This document shows positions 1-9,854 of a DNA stretch of 35,158 bases, piece after piece. The translations under genes and the position numbers were made by a program. Below the pieces are notes generated by a model, which worked only from the letters and a program-made list of their open reading frames with translations, was not told the origin of the DNA and ran no database searches. The first letter of the stretch is position 1. Every line of letters starts with the position of its first letter. The stretch is from the sequence record SRR22947727_1910, one strand, 5' to 3'.

Positions 1-123
1 CTCGACTTTTTACACCAAAACAAACACCGTTAACCAACCCAACCAAGACGCCACGAAATCCTCAAAAGCAGCCTGAGTTCAGAATGCTACGGTGTCTTTT
101 TTAAGTGAGGCAACAGGTCAACT

Positions 124-734
124 TTGGAAGCAAACATGATTGCACCCTCGAATTCGTCGGCGAGCTTCCGCACGATGCGGAGAATTGATTGCCATGTTCA
201 TCTCGTCGGCGACGGATCTTCCGGTAGCGACTGTTTTATCCAGCTGGATACCCTGTTCCGCAGGATTCAAGCCCGCGTAATGCTTCTCGAAGAAGGCGGG
301 GCCTTGATGTCGCATACGTAGAGACGATCAGAAAGAAAATTGTAGAATCTTCCCTCGATGCCGCTGTTCTTCTGGCTCAGGATTTGCCACACGACGATTC
401 CGGCAAACCCTTGCCGGAGAAAGCAGGGTTTTATGCGTCAAATGATTACCTTTTTGAAGTCGTGGTTCAATCTCCCGACGTGTTTATTCCTGCGATTCCC
501 ATTCATCCAGGACGTCCCGACCCGATGGATGAGTTGGAAAAATGCATCGTGCTCGGGGCACGCGTTTTAAAATTGTTGCCCAACTGTCTTAACGTTGATT
601 GTTCCGCCGAAAAATACCGGCCGTTTTGGGAGCGCGTCGCCGAGGCAGGAATTGTATTTCTTTCCCACACCGGTGGTGAACACACCTTGCCTGTGTTGCG
701 AGCTGAGTTCGCCGAAAGGACTCTATCTGATTGA
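124..734 (+). pseudogene. Amidohydrolase (Amidohydro_2-like) pseudogene, frameshifted and 3'-truncated
   Basis: IDCHVH metal motif in ORF 124..321. Similarity continues in another frame from ~300 (GLDVAYVETIRKKIVESSLDAAVLLAQDLPHD...IHPGR...LKLLP...LSHTGGEH) and ends at ~710, well short of a full TIM barrel. Confidence 0.75.
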
Positions 735-790
735 AATGTATTCAAGCACGAACATCGCAAGGTCGATGAATTAATCTTATTGATTCGAAA
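707..790 (-). repeat. Degenerate copy of the mosaic REP/BIME-like element (locus F)
   Basis: Minus strand reads ttttcgaatcAATAAGAttaattcatc...atgttcgtg...atttcaatcaGATAGAGtcctttcggcgaac. The two core-like heptamers start at 781 and 727, 54 bp apart, as in loci B and C. Confidence 0.5.
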
Positions 791-838
791 ATCATCAATA
801 TGCCGCCGATCGAATCTTGATTGAAGGGCTTCTCCAAA

Positions 839-3811
839 TTAGCCCTGAAGCCTTTTCCAGAGTGCGGGAAGCAAAATCAAAACACTGGCTCCTCCGAAGA
901 GAAGGCCTCCTATCATAACGGCTGCGAACGGCGCCCAGAGTGCGTTTCCGCCAAGTGCGAGAGGCAGTAGGCCAAGGATCGCACAGGCAGATGAAAGCGC
1001 GATCGGGCCGAAACGAGATTGAGCGACAGCGGCGATTTCAGCTCCCGTTTTAGCCTGTTCAGTTCGCAAACGATCGATCAAAACGATGGCGTTATTTACG
1101 ACGATTCCGATCAAGGCAATAAGGCCAAGCAGTTGCATCGTCCCTGAGCCGGAAATCAGGAACATGATGAGAGAAGCTCCCAATAAAGCAGGAATCAGTC
1201 CCAACAAAATGATACCTACACTCCGAATGGTGCGAGTCTGAATCAGCAACAGCAGAAAAATGCCGATCGCCACATAAGCAGCATGTCGCAGAATTTGTTC
1301 ACGCGTTTTCTGTGACTGGGCAAAATCGCCGATGGGTTCCACCGTAAGCGTATCCGTTTCTCTTTTCTGAAAGCGCGTGAGTAGCCGTTGTTCTTCGGTG
1401 ATTGAATTTGAAGTCGTTTGAAATTCGAGATACCCAACATTGGCGCCGTTCCATCGAGAAATGATTGTTGGTGTATCAACCTTTTTGACGGAGGCAACAT
1501 CTTGAAGTGGAATCGGAGAGCCTCCTGACTGGCGATGAACATAGGCTTCCTCTAAACGGTCTTCAGCGTCGGGGTCGTTGCTGGCAACTTTCAGGAGAAT
1601 GGGAAGCCGATTTGCAGTCCCGATTTCGTCTGATAAAAGTGTAACGGGAATGCCTCCCGTTGCGGCAAGCGCGCCGAGAGCAATCTCGGAAGTGGTGATT
1701 TTTTGTTCGGCGGCGCTTTCCAAATCCGGAATCACGGAGATGGCTGAAATCCTTGCAGCTTCATTCACCAAGGCAAAGTCGGCGTCTTTTGCTTTCGCGA
1801 AACCAAGAAAGGAGCTGGATGGTGCGTGCAAGCGGAACGCTACCGGAAATGGATTTGTTGGGGTGGCTGCCAAAGGAGATACCTGTAAAGAGGCGCCTTT
1901 TGGAAGGAGTTTTGCTAGCTTCGTTTCCAATGCAACAATGTGGGGAAATTCCTCAGCAGAAGGGAAGGCCATCGAAAGCGTTGCCTGATTTGCCGACGGA
2001 ATTTGAGGAGTTGTACCCCGGAATACGGTTGGCTGAGGAACATTTAAAAATGTCGCAATAGGATGTGAAAATTCAGATGCGAGCTCTTTTCTAATTTTTT
2101 CGGAACTGGTTCGGGTATCTTCCGGGCTGCTTCCAGCGCCGAGCTTAATATTGATGTCGAGGTGTCTTGTCGGAATCGTCGCCATTGGGGTTTCCGTAGC
2201 CTTCCAAAACGCGGCGCAGGTGATTGCTGAAAAAAGCACAAAGATGACGATGAGTTGTTTTGCTGTTAGTGCTAACGGCGCGCCTTTTCCGAACAGCTTT
2301 TCCGAGAGAAAATTGAGGAAGCGACCTCCTTTGCTGAAATGAGGAGCAAGGGATGGCGTGATCGTAAAGCCAATGATTTGTGAAACGAACAGCAGGGTGC
2401 CAATCACAATAAAGAGACTGGACACATAGCCGGCTGTTTCTCCCTTTAGCAGCCATGCCGGGAGAAATCCGAGGGCTGTTGTCGCCGCAGCTACGATCAA
2501 CGGTGTCGCCAAATCATGCCAACAGCACTGTTGAGGGGTCAATGCTTGAACTGGCTTCTGCAAACGAAGCAAACCAACATGGTGAGTGATGACGATGTGA
2601 TTATCGATCAGCAATCCGATTCCGACAGCCAGCGCCGCGAGGGTTACGATGTTCAGTTCGATTCCAAAAAGGTGAAGTAGAAAGATAGTCCCGAGCAGCG
2701 TCGTAGCGACGGCAATGGCTACGGAAAATCCTGCACGGAGGCCGAGGCCAATGGTCACGCAAATGAGAACGGCCAGAATGCTGAATAAAATGGTCCAGCT
2801 CGAAGCTTGGATGAGATCTGATGTGGTTTCTCCCCGGTAGAAGAATAGCGAAGTGGCGGCATTGGTTTCGGATTCTATTATTTTGCTGATGCTGTTCGAA
2901 AGCGTTTCCCACGTTGCTGATTCTGCCTTGGTGAACGTGATGCCCAGTGCGCGTTGATCGTTTAAAAAGACTTCGCCGAATGCGGGATCTAGCGGTTCGA
3001 CACTGATTTTGCAAACGTCGCTCAGCGGAGTGAGTGAACCATCTCGCGGATCGCGAACGGGGAGGTCACGAAGCGATTCGACATCAGAAATCCCCCGACC
3101 AATATCAAGTGCAAGAAACTGATTCTTGCCTGAAATATAACCGCCGGGAAATTGTTGGCTATTCGCCCGAATGAATTCGGCAAGCTCCGGAGGCGTCAAT
3201 CCGGCGTCAGCGAGGGATTCGTCTTCATATCGAATAACAATCGCGCGGAGCTGATCGTGAGAGATTTCTGCAGTGGCTATGGCAGCGGAAGATCTGAATT
3301 TTTCAATCAATCCCTTCGCTGCCCTGCGAACTTTTTCAAAGTCCGGCTTTTTTCCCACGTTTGCTTCAGTTAGTAAAAGAAACCCTGAAGCCACTTGGCC
3401 AGAGTTCGCTTTTAAATTGGGGCCGATTAGAAGAGGGGCTTCCAATTGAAGTGCGGAGCGAAGTTGCGAAAGGCGGTCTCGAATGATTCCCAGCGTTTCC
3501 TCACGATTCGCTTTTTTAGTAAGCTGGAAACTAACTGCAGAAATTCCATCAGTGGTTTTGGAGCTTACATCTCCAATATTTGGAATCGCATTTAAAACCC
3601 GTTCAACGGGTTGAGTCACCATGCGATCGAGCTTGTCCGGATTCACACCGGAAAAATAAGCGACGATCGATTCGGTCGGGACAATGTCCGGCGGATCAAT
3701 ATCCTGAGGAATCCGCGACAGCGAAAGAATGCCGAGGCCACAAATCAAAAGGGCGATGAAAAACGGAAAACGCATGCAAGACGAATCAACTTTATTGAGT
3801 CTGGAAATCAA
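839..3811 (-). CDS. Divergent AcrB/AcrD/AcrF-family RND permease
   Basis: 990 aa with RND topology; motifs VTQPVERVL, GLLIDNHIV (TM4), GIVVNNAIVLID (TM10), RFGPIALSS, GLLPLA. The TTG start overlaps the upstream stop (TTGA); alternative ATG at 3775. Confidence 0.85.
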   Translation of the reverse strand: MISRLNKVDSSCMRFPFFIALLICGLGILSLSRIPQDIDPPDIVPTESIVAYFSGVNPDKLDRMVTQPVERVLNAIPNIGDVSSKTTDGISAVSFQLTKKANREETLGIIRDRLSQLRSALQLEAPLLIGPNLKANSGQVASGFLLLTEANVGKKPDFEKVRRAAKGLIEKFRSSAAIATAEISHDQLRAIVIRYEDESLADAGLTPPELAEFIRANSQQFPGGYISGKNQFLALDIGRGISDVESLRDLPVRDPRDGSLTPLSDVCKISVEPLDPAFGEVFLNDQRALGITFTKAESATWETLSNSISKIIESETNAATSLFFYRGETTSDLIQASSWTILFSILAVLICVTIGLGLRAGFSVAIAVATTLLGTIFLLHLFGIELNIVTLAALAVGIGLLIDNHIVITHHVGLLRLQKPVQALTPQQCCWHDLATPLIVAAATTALGFLPAWLLKGETAGYVSSLFIVIGTLLFVSQIIGFTITPSLAPHFSKGGRFLNFLSEKLFGKGAPLALTAKQLIVIFVLFSAITCAAFWKATETPMATIPTRHLDINIKLGAGSSPEDTRTSSEKIRKELASEFSHPIATFLNVPQPTVFRGTTPQIPSANQATLSMAFPSAEEFPHIVALETKLAKLLPKGASLQVSPLAATPTNPFPVAFRLHAPSSSFLGFAKAKDADFALVNEAARISAISVIPDLESAAEQKITTSEIALGALAATGGIPVTLLSDEIGTANRLPILLKVASNDPDAEDRLEEAYVHRQSGGSPIPLQDVASVKKVDTPTIISRWNGANVGYLEFQTTSNSITEEQRLLTRFQKRETDTLTVEPIGDFAQSQKTREQILRHAAYVAIGIFLLLLIQTRTIRSVGIILLGLIPALLGASLIMFLISGSGTMQLLGLIALIGIVVNNAIVLIDRLRTEQAKTGAEIAAVAQSRFGPIALSSACAILGLLPLALGGNALWAPFAAVMIGGLLFGGASVLILLPALWKRLQG

Positions 3812-6114
3812 TTCGCTGGATCGAGTCCCGGATACATTAGCAACCGGTCATGACAGATAACGATCAGGTCGTTTTTGCCGTCATTGTTAAAATCCGCAAC
3901 CAAAGGTGAATTGGGCTGTTGGGGAGCCCCTTTGGGCTGGGTCTGCCTGAACGGGCTGTTCTGAAATACCTTAAAGTGAATGGCGCTTTTCCATTCGTCA
4001 CCTTTCTTGTGAAGAATTTGGATCACATTTTGATTGCCGTCGATGGCGATGATTTCCGGGGAATCATCGCCGTTCAGGTCACCGCTTCCGAGATGGTGAA
4101 ATCGAATTTTATCCACCTGAGAACGGAAGCTCTGCCCGTTCGCCATACTCCAAGTGTCACCTCCCAGCGGAAGTGCCCAGAAGCGATCGCGGCCAAAAAT
4201 CAGGAGTCTCCGGTCATCCTCAGGACCATCAAGTTGTGCTGCGGTGAGATTGATCAGACCGGTGTCGCGACTGTGGAGATAACGAAAGGCTCCGTCGTCT
4301 TCCTGCTGCAGGATTTGCAGGGCCTTTGCCTCGGGATCGTAGAAAAGGAGCCGCGTCTGATTGCCTGGCAAAATTACCGGACCAGAAATTCGATCATTGC
4401 CCTGACGCGCGTTGCCTTGATCAACCACTTCGAGTTCGCCTTCAGCAGTGATTTGAAATGCACGGACGAATCCTTCTTTTGCTATGAGAATGTCCGGCTT
4501 GCCGTCGCCATTGAAATCGCCAAAGCCCACGTCGGCCGGGGAAAGGTCCACGAGCTGACCGTTCCGAAGCGGAGAGTCTTCAGCGCTAATGGTGAGACCG
4601 CCTTGCCCGTCGCCTAACAAAATATGAGCGGGTTCTTTTGGAACGAGCAAAATGAGATCGCCGTCGCCATCACCATCGATGTCACGTGCGATGATGTGTT
4701 CTGGAACGCGTTTGATCGTGCCGACCTTGACCGAGTCAAGTTGCTCCCACTTATCGCCCGTTCGCTTTGCGATGACCGCTTCGAGCCGCAATCCGTCTTT
4801 CACAGCAATGACAACCTCGTCGAGGCCGTCTCCATCGAGGTCGACTCCGGCAGCAACGAGCGGTTCACCGGATGCCGGAAGCGGCTGAGGAAAGGGGAGT
4901 CGAAGGTTCTCTGTTACGGTGGCAATTCCGGCCATGCCTTCCTGCGTGCTGCATACCAGAAGTGAATCCCGTTTTTCAGGTCCATTTTTTACAGCCGAAA
5001 GCGAAGTTGCGCGAGCCAGTGAAGGGAATTCAGCGGGCCTTTTGAAATTTCCGTTTTTTGCACCAAACCAAACGAGGATTCTGGCACCGTCAGGATCCGC
5101 CATGGCGACATCACCGATGCCGTCTCCGTCGAAATCTCCGGTTGTGGGAATCGCCGCAGATGAACCGGAGCGGGGAACTGGATAGTTTTCGGCCTGCAGA
5201 TCGTTCGATTCGTCGCCGTCTTCGGCTTTCTCTTCAATGGGGCCGGTGTGAATTTCAGAGTAGGTAGGTTTTACGGTCGCCAAATCAGGGGCGCCATTTC
5301 CCTTTGGTAAGATGAGCAATTCGGCAGTCCCAAGTTTTCCTGGAATTGCCATTTCAGCGCCAAACGATCCTTCACCAAGTCCGCTGCGAAAAATCCGCTC
5401 GCGTTCCGCCCCCGGACTTAAATAGGTCGCATCAAGAACGCCGTCGCCGTCAAGGTCTGCAATCTTAAGGCCGCGCGAGCCATTTGCAGAAACGCGATAC
5501 AAATCCGGTTTTGGAATGTTGCGATCTTTTCCACCGGGAAATATGATGAATTCATCTTTTGCGAGAAGGGCAATGTCAGGATGACCGTCTCCATTAATAT
5601 CTGCAATCGCCATCGAATCCGGCGCAGGATTTGCAGTGCTCTGATCGTATGTCCAGCCGCGTTCCCAGTTCCCCTTGCCGTCTCCAAATCGAAGCGAAAA
5701 CGGCTCTCGTTGGCCCGTAAAGGCGATGTCAATATTCCCGTCTCCATCGAAATCGAGCGCAGCGAGTGAAAAGAGGCGATCACCGACTAGAATATTTTCC
5801 GCCAGAAACGGGGCAGTATCGATCACTGGATCCCAGAAATCGTTTTTCATTCGTTCGCGACCTTTTTTGCGGAGTTCTTCAGGCGTGCGCTGATAGAGCA
5901 ACTCAATTCGCGCCTTTTCGTTATTGATCACCACGATGTCCATTCGTCCGTCAGCATCAAGGTCGACGGGAAACGGCGCCCTGATATCCCAACTAAGAAC
6001 CTGAACCAATGGGCCATCTAATCGGACGGGCATCGGCTTTTTCTTCTCAGCTTCCTGTCCGGTCGCAAATTGAACGGAAACGCAAAGCAGTGCGGAAATT
6101 AAAAAACGGAGCAT
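3808..6114 (-). CDS. Secreted FG-GAP/VCBS repeat beta-propeller protein
   Basis: Signal peptide and about ten D[FL]DGDGxxD repeats. Confidence 0.9.
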   Translation of the reverse strand: MLRFLISALLCVSVQFATGQEAEKKKPMPVRLDGPLVQVLSWDIRAPFPVDLDADGRMDIVVINNEKARIELLYQRTPEELRKKGRERMKNDFWDPVIDTAPFLAENILVGDRLFSLAALDFDGDGNIDIAFTGQREPFSLRFGDGKGNWERGWTYDQSTANPAPDSMAIADINGDGHPDIALLAKDEFIIFPGGKDRNIPKPDLYRVSANGSRGLKIADLDGDGVLDATYLSPGAERERIFRSGLGEGSFGAEMAIPGKLGTAELLILPKGNGAPDLATVKPTYSEIHTGPIEEKAEDGDESNDLQAENYPVPRSGSSAAIPTTGDFDGDGIGDVAMADPDGARILVWFGAKNGNFKRPAEFPSLARATSLSAVKNGPEKRDSLLVCSTQEGMAGIATVTENLRLPFPQPLPASGEPLVAAGVDLDGDGLDEVVIAVKDGLRLEAVIAKRTGDKWEQLDSVKVGTIKRVPEHIIARDIDGDGDGDLILLVPKEPAHILLGDGQGGLTISAEDSPLRNGQLVDLSPADVGFGDFNGDGKPDILIAKEGFVRAFQITAEGELEVVDQGNARQGNDRISGPVILPGNQTRLLFYDPEAKALQILQQEDDGAFRYLHSRDTGLINLTAAQLDGPEDDRRLLIFGRDRFWALPLGGDTWSMANGQSFRSQVDKIRFHHLGSGDLNGDDSPEIIAIDGNQNVIQILHKKGDEWKSAIHFKVFQNSPFRQTQPKGAPQQPNSPLVADFNNDGKNDLIVICHDRLLMYPGLDPAN

Positions 6115-6157
6115 GGGGAATTTTGAAAGGCTTTAAAGAATGACGAAAAACACGTTT

Positions 6158-6201
6158 ACGATCAGATAGGGTATGATCGATGAACCAACCCTATTGGGTC
6201 G
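6158..6201. repeat. Palindromic REP-like doublet (locus A)
   Basis: acgatcagATAGGGtatgatc-GAT-gaaccaaCCCTATtgggtcg; overlaps the stop codon of the 6191..8134 gene. Confidence 0.85.
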
Positions 6202-8134
6202 CGTCGGCAGGCTTTTCTGCGATGTAGACGCGGGAAATCCAGGCGTCAGGCGTGTCGTAGCTTTTCTGCGTTACCGAAAAATGAAGGTCGTCGAGTGATG
6301 GCATTCCTTCGATCGCATCGGCTACATCAGCTTCTTTGTCGCTTGATGCTCCAGACTGCGCACGAACCTGAATGCCTTCTTCCGTTCCATAGACTCCCAT
6401 TTTAATGAGCGTCGCCAAATCTTCGTAGCCAAATTCGACCATGTTCTCATCACCCCATTTGCGCCACGATTCGCGAACAGTTTCGTGATCTTCGAGACTG
6501 GAGGTGCCTTTTTTGAGGCTTGCGATGACATGATTCATCCACTCTTTCTCTCCCACAGTAAGAATCAACTTGTCACCAACGATTGCGTAAGCTCCTGATG
6601 AATCCTGCCCGACTGAAACCATCGGTCCGAGAATCCTTGTGAGTGAATCTGCATCAACGATCGATTCCCCCATAAAATCACGTGGTTCGCCAATTTCTCC
6701 GCCACCCATCGGCGAGCTTTGGAGAAATCCCATCAATTCAGACATGGTCGTTTTCATCCCAATCGGATCGTTGGTGTTTAGAATAATCGCATGACTTGGA
6801 ACCTGATCTTTCGCAGGGTTCGGGGTCGCGTAGCCGTAAAATGAGGTTACCCCTGAATCGAGTACTGGAAGCATTTTAGTGCGGACATTCATGCCCTGAC
6901 CTTCGAGAGTTCCCATCTGCATTTGTAGCATCCCACCGAGCATCGGCGATAGCTTCGGGATTTCTGCCAGCAACTCTTCGATACTCTCAGCGGTATCATA
7001 TCCGCTGATCGTAATTCCTTTGAGCCCTGCCGGATCCATTTCGGGAAGCACAATGCCCTGTTCGTAATTCAACATTTTTGCAAGCATTCCGGTTCGCTCG
7101 TTGGTCGCAAGCTCCTGAACAATTTCAATTCCGTCGTCCTGAACCTTCGCCGCCATGGTGAAACGTTTGAAATTTTTCAGTCCAAGAAAATCGATCAGTG
7201 CATCTTTCTGAACAAACATCCCAATCGGCAAGCCGCCCTGGCCCGCAGCGGCATCGGCCGTGGCTTTGTCGTAGAATTCAGAAACTGAAGTTTCCATCGC
7301 AGAGGCGATGTCGTCGAGCGGTGCGAAGACAAACAAATCAGCTTCTTCAAGTTGGTCGCGGGCATCAATGTAGCTTCGACTTCCTGCGAGTGAATCGGGT
7401 TCAGCCCCTTGAGCTCGAATTCGACGCGCCATGTCAGAAGCGATATGATCGGCCATGTCAGCTTTGTTGTCTGACATCGGTGCGACGATGAGCATTGAAT
7501 CGGCGAGAATAAATCCCGTGTTTACCCAGCTTTCCGTTCCATCCTCAGCGACATTCTTGATTTCCATCCGAGTCATCGGATAGCCTTCAAATGTGTCCTG
7601 AAAGGAGCGGGAGTCGTGCATGTCTTCGCTGGAATCGACCATCCGCTTTCCAAGAGCCGCAACGAGCTCGGTCAATTCGGCCTCGGTGAGAGTGGTGTCC
7701 GCAGCCGCGAGAAAAGAGATTCCCTTCATGTTCAACCCAACATTGGCAGCGCCGCCGGGCGTTCCTCCGAGGGGGGGTATGCTGGCATCCATCAGCATCG
7801 AAAAATTTAAGTTTCCTGCCATTGCAAACCGGGCAGGAAAAAGTCGGGCAAGCTCTTCTTTCGTCAGTCCAATTTCCTTCAGCGTCTCTTCAGAAAGCAA
7901 TTCGTCAATCCAGCTGAAGGACTCGCCATAAAGGTGGGTAATTGCGGGGTGTCTCACAATTTTGTTAAATGCGTGATCTTCATCTAATTCGTAGAATTTA
8001 CTCAGATTTTGAACCACAGCCAAAGCGGAAGTGTTATCGGGAAGCAGCGTGCCGATGTCTTGATCGGACTGGGCGCGGGACGAAATTACCGGCACTGCCA
8101 GGGCAATAGCGATTGGAAGAAAGTGGCTTTTCAT
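6191..8134 (-). CDS. Exported hypothetical protein, DUF3352-like
   Basis: ATG 8134 gives a signal peptide (MKSHFLPIAIALAV...SRA) followed by LLPDNTSALAVVQN, typical of DUF3352-like N-termini; 647 aa. Family call is tentative. Confidence 0.6.
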   Translation of the reverse strand: MKSHFLPIAIALAVPVISSRAQSDQDIGTLLPDNTSALAVVQNLSKFYELDEDHAFNKIVRHPAITHLYGESFSWIDELLSEETLKEIGLTKEELARLFPARFAMAGNLNFSMLMDASIPPLGGTPGGAANVGLNMKGISFLAAADTTLTEAELTELVAALGKRMVDSSEDMHDSRSFQDTFEGYPMTRMEIKNVAEDGTESWVNTGFILADSMLIVAPMSDNKADMADHIASDMARRIRAQGAEPDSLAGSRSYIDARDQLEEADLFVFAPLDDIASAMETSVSEFYDKATADAAAGQGGLPIGMFVQKDALIDFLGLKNFKRFTMAAKVQDDGIEIVQELATNERTGMLAKMLNYEQGIVLPEMDPAGLKGITISGYDTAESIEELLAEIPKLSPMLGGMLQMQMGTLEGQGMNVRTKMLPVLDSGVTSFYGYATPNPAKDQVPSHAIILNTNDPIGMKTTMSELMGFLQSSPMGGGEIGEPRDFMGESIVDADSLTRILGPMVSVGQDSSGAYAIVGDKLILTVGEKEWMNHVIASLKKGTSSLEDHETVRESWRKWGDENMVEFGYEDLATLIKMGVYGTEEGIQVRAQSGASSDKEADVADAIEGMPSLDDLHFSVTQKSYDTPDAWISRVYIAEKPADATQ

Positions 8135-8192
8135 AGTTCTAGGAAAATGGGTGAATATATGAGAAATGGAGGTGTGAAATATAGGGGTACGC

Positions 8193-9170
8193 TTATTCAG
8201 AATCTTCTGTGGCTTCAGTATCTGGCTCAGTTGGTTCTTCGAATTCACGTGCTCCCGGGGCTGTCGGGGGGCGATTGTAAATAAAGCCGCCGTTTTGGCT
8301 GGAAGGATCAAATGCGAAGCCGTCGCGATGGTTAAGGAAAAATTTCACCAATGAACTCGGTATCGCGAATCCGAGGCCATCAGAATTCGCTCCCTTTCGG
8401 GAATTCACGCCGATCACTTCCCCTTTGAGATTGAAGAGTGGGCCGCCGGAATTTCCGGGATTGATCGGGGCATCATGTTGGATAAAAACGCCAGACTCGC
8501 CCAATTCCCGCTCAGTTGTACTGACGGTTCCCGAGCTAACCGTGCGATCGAGTCCTTGAGGTGAGCCCATCGCAAAAATATCGTCTCCGGCCGAAACTGA
8601 GAGTGAATCACCCATCGGCACGGATTTAAAACGCTGTGGTTTCTCGCCTTCTTTAGGCTCAGGGACCTCAATTTTGAGCAGCGCCAAATCATCGCGGCGA
8701 TTCACTGCAAGAATTTTGATTTTCTTATGCACCTCACGCTCCAAGCCACTTTCCGTTTTCTTGAAAACTGTGATCTGAACCTTCGTCGTGCCATCGATTA
8801 CATGAGCGTTGGTAATGACGTATCCTCGGGGATCGATAACGAAACCTGATCCAAGCCCTCCTGGATTTTTCACTAAGACCGATGCTTCAGCCACCTTTTC
8901 TGAAGCAATTTTTATGTTTTCAAAGGGCTCGCCCGAGCGGTTCGTCCGGAACAGCGCCTGTGAAGCCTTCGTGATCCGCGCAACTTCGTCCTTGGTAAAA
9001 ACAGTCGGTTCGTCCTTACCTAAATTAACAATGAACTGGTCGTCCTTCTCTAAAATATAAGGAGCGGAGATCTCCGTACCGTTTTTCAGAACCAGTGTGT
9101 CAGCCTGAAGTGGGTTTGTGGCCGTAATGAGGCTAGCCGTGGCAACAATAAGAAAATTTGGGGGGCGCAT
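8193..9170 (-). CDS. Trypsin-like S1C serine protease without PDZ domain
   Basis: GSGFVI, TNAHV (His), DDLALL (Asp), INPGNSGGPL (Ser); signal peptide. Confidence 0.92.
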   Translation of the reverse strand: MRPPNFLIVATASLITATNPLQADTLVLKNGTEISAPYILEKDDQFIVNLGKDEPTVFTKDEVARITKASQALFRTNRSGEPFENIKIASEKVAEASVLVKNPGGLGSGFVIDPRGYVITNAHVIDGTTKVQITVFKKTESGLEREVHKKIKILAVNRRDDLALLKIEVPEPKEGEKPQRFKSVPMGDSLSVSAGDDIFAMGSPQGLDRTVSSGTVSTTERELGESGVFIQHDAPINPGNSGGPLFNLKGEVIGVNSRKGANSDGLGFAIPSSLVKFFLNHRDGFAFDPSSQNGGFIYNRPPTAPGAREFEEPTEPDTEATEDSE

Positions 9171-9260
9171 TTGGTAGTGTTTCGTGCTTGGTCAGGCACA
9201 CGAGAGTGGGAAAAGCGTCACTCCCATTTCGATTCGCCTAAAATTATAATAGTGGGGTGA

Positions 9261-9692
9261 TTACCAGTTACCAACGTCGTCTTCATTCCCCGCTATCATG
9301 TCAGGTCCCATCGAGAAAACATCTTGTCCTGATGAGTTGCGCGAACCGGGGTTTTTATACTGATAAGGTTGGCCCCATGAATCGATGAGTGCTTCAGGCC
9401 CTGTGCTTTGAGTCCACCGCTTTGGTTTTGGCGGCGCCGTAGGGGGCTCAACCAGTGCTTTCAATCCTTGTTCGGTGGTAGGGAAGAATCCTGCTTTCGC
9501 TTTGTAGCGTACTAAATTGGTTTCCAGGCTCCGAACATCCGCCCGCGCTTTGTCGACATCAGCGTCTGACAAAACATTTTTCATCGCGAACGCGCCGAGT
9601 CCCACGAGAAGCGAAATGATCGCCAAAACCAGCACCATTTCCATCAGGGTGAATCCACCGCTTGCCCTTCTGTTCGTCGTCACCATTTTCAT
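9261..9692 (-). CDS. gspG: Type II secretion major pseudopilin GspG
   Basis: G|FTLME prepilin cleavage site, FPTTEQGLKALV, DSWGQPYQYKNPG, SMGPD...DDVGNW. Confidence 0.93.
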   Translation of the reverse strand: MKMVTTNRRASGGFTLMEMVLVLAIISLLVGLGAFAMKNVLSDADVDKARADVRSLETNLVRYKAKAGFFPTTEQGLKALVEPPTAPPKPKRWTQSTGPEALIDSWGQPYQYKNPGSRNSSGQDVFSMGPDMIAGNEDDVGNW

Positions 9693-9854
9693 GAGAGGAT
9701 CATAGGGGGAAACTATTCATTAGGCAATCGTGGGAATGCAATCGAGTCGAAAATCGAAAGACACATCAAGAGCCAAAAAAATCGAGGGCCCTTCCACCGC
9801 AACTGCGGCTGAATTTCGCTCGCTAGGAGAGCCGCTATTTTGCAGGATCGAAGG

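Noticed and set aside
3919-4617. Long antisense ORFs (this one, 21208..21900, 33097..33648, 20023..20508 and others)
   Set aside because: Shadows of well-supported genes on the opposite strand with no recognisable motifs.
8135-8311. 59-aa N-terminal extension of the 706-aa ORF
   Set aside because: It overlaps the protease gene; ATG 8134 begins a typical signal peptide.
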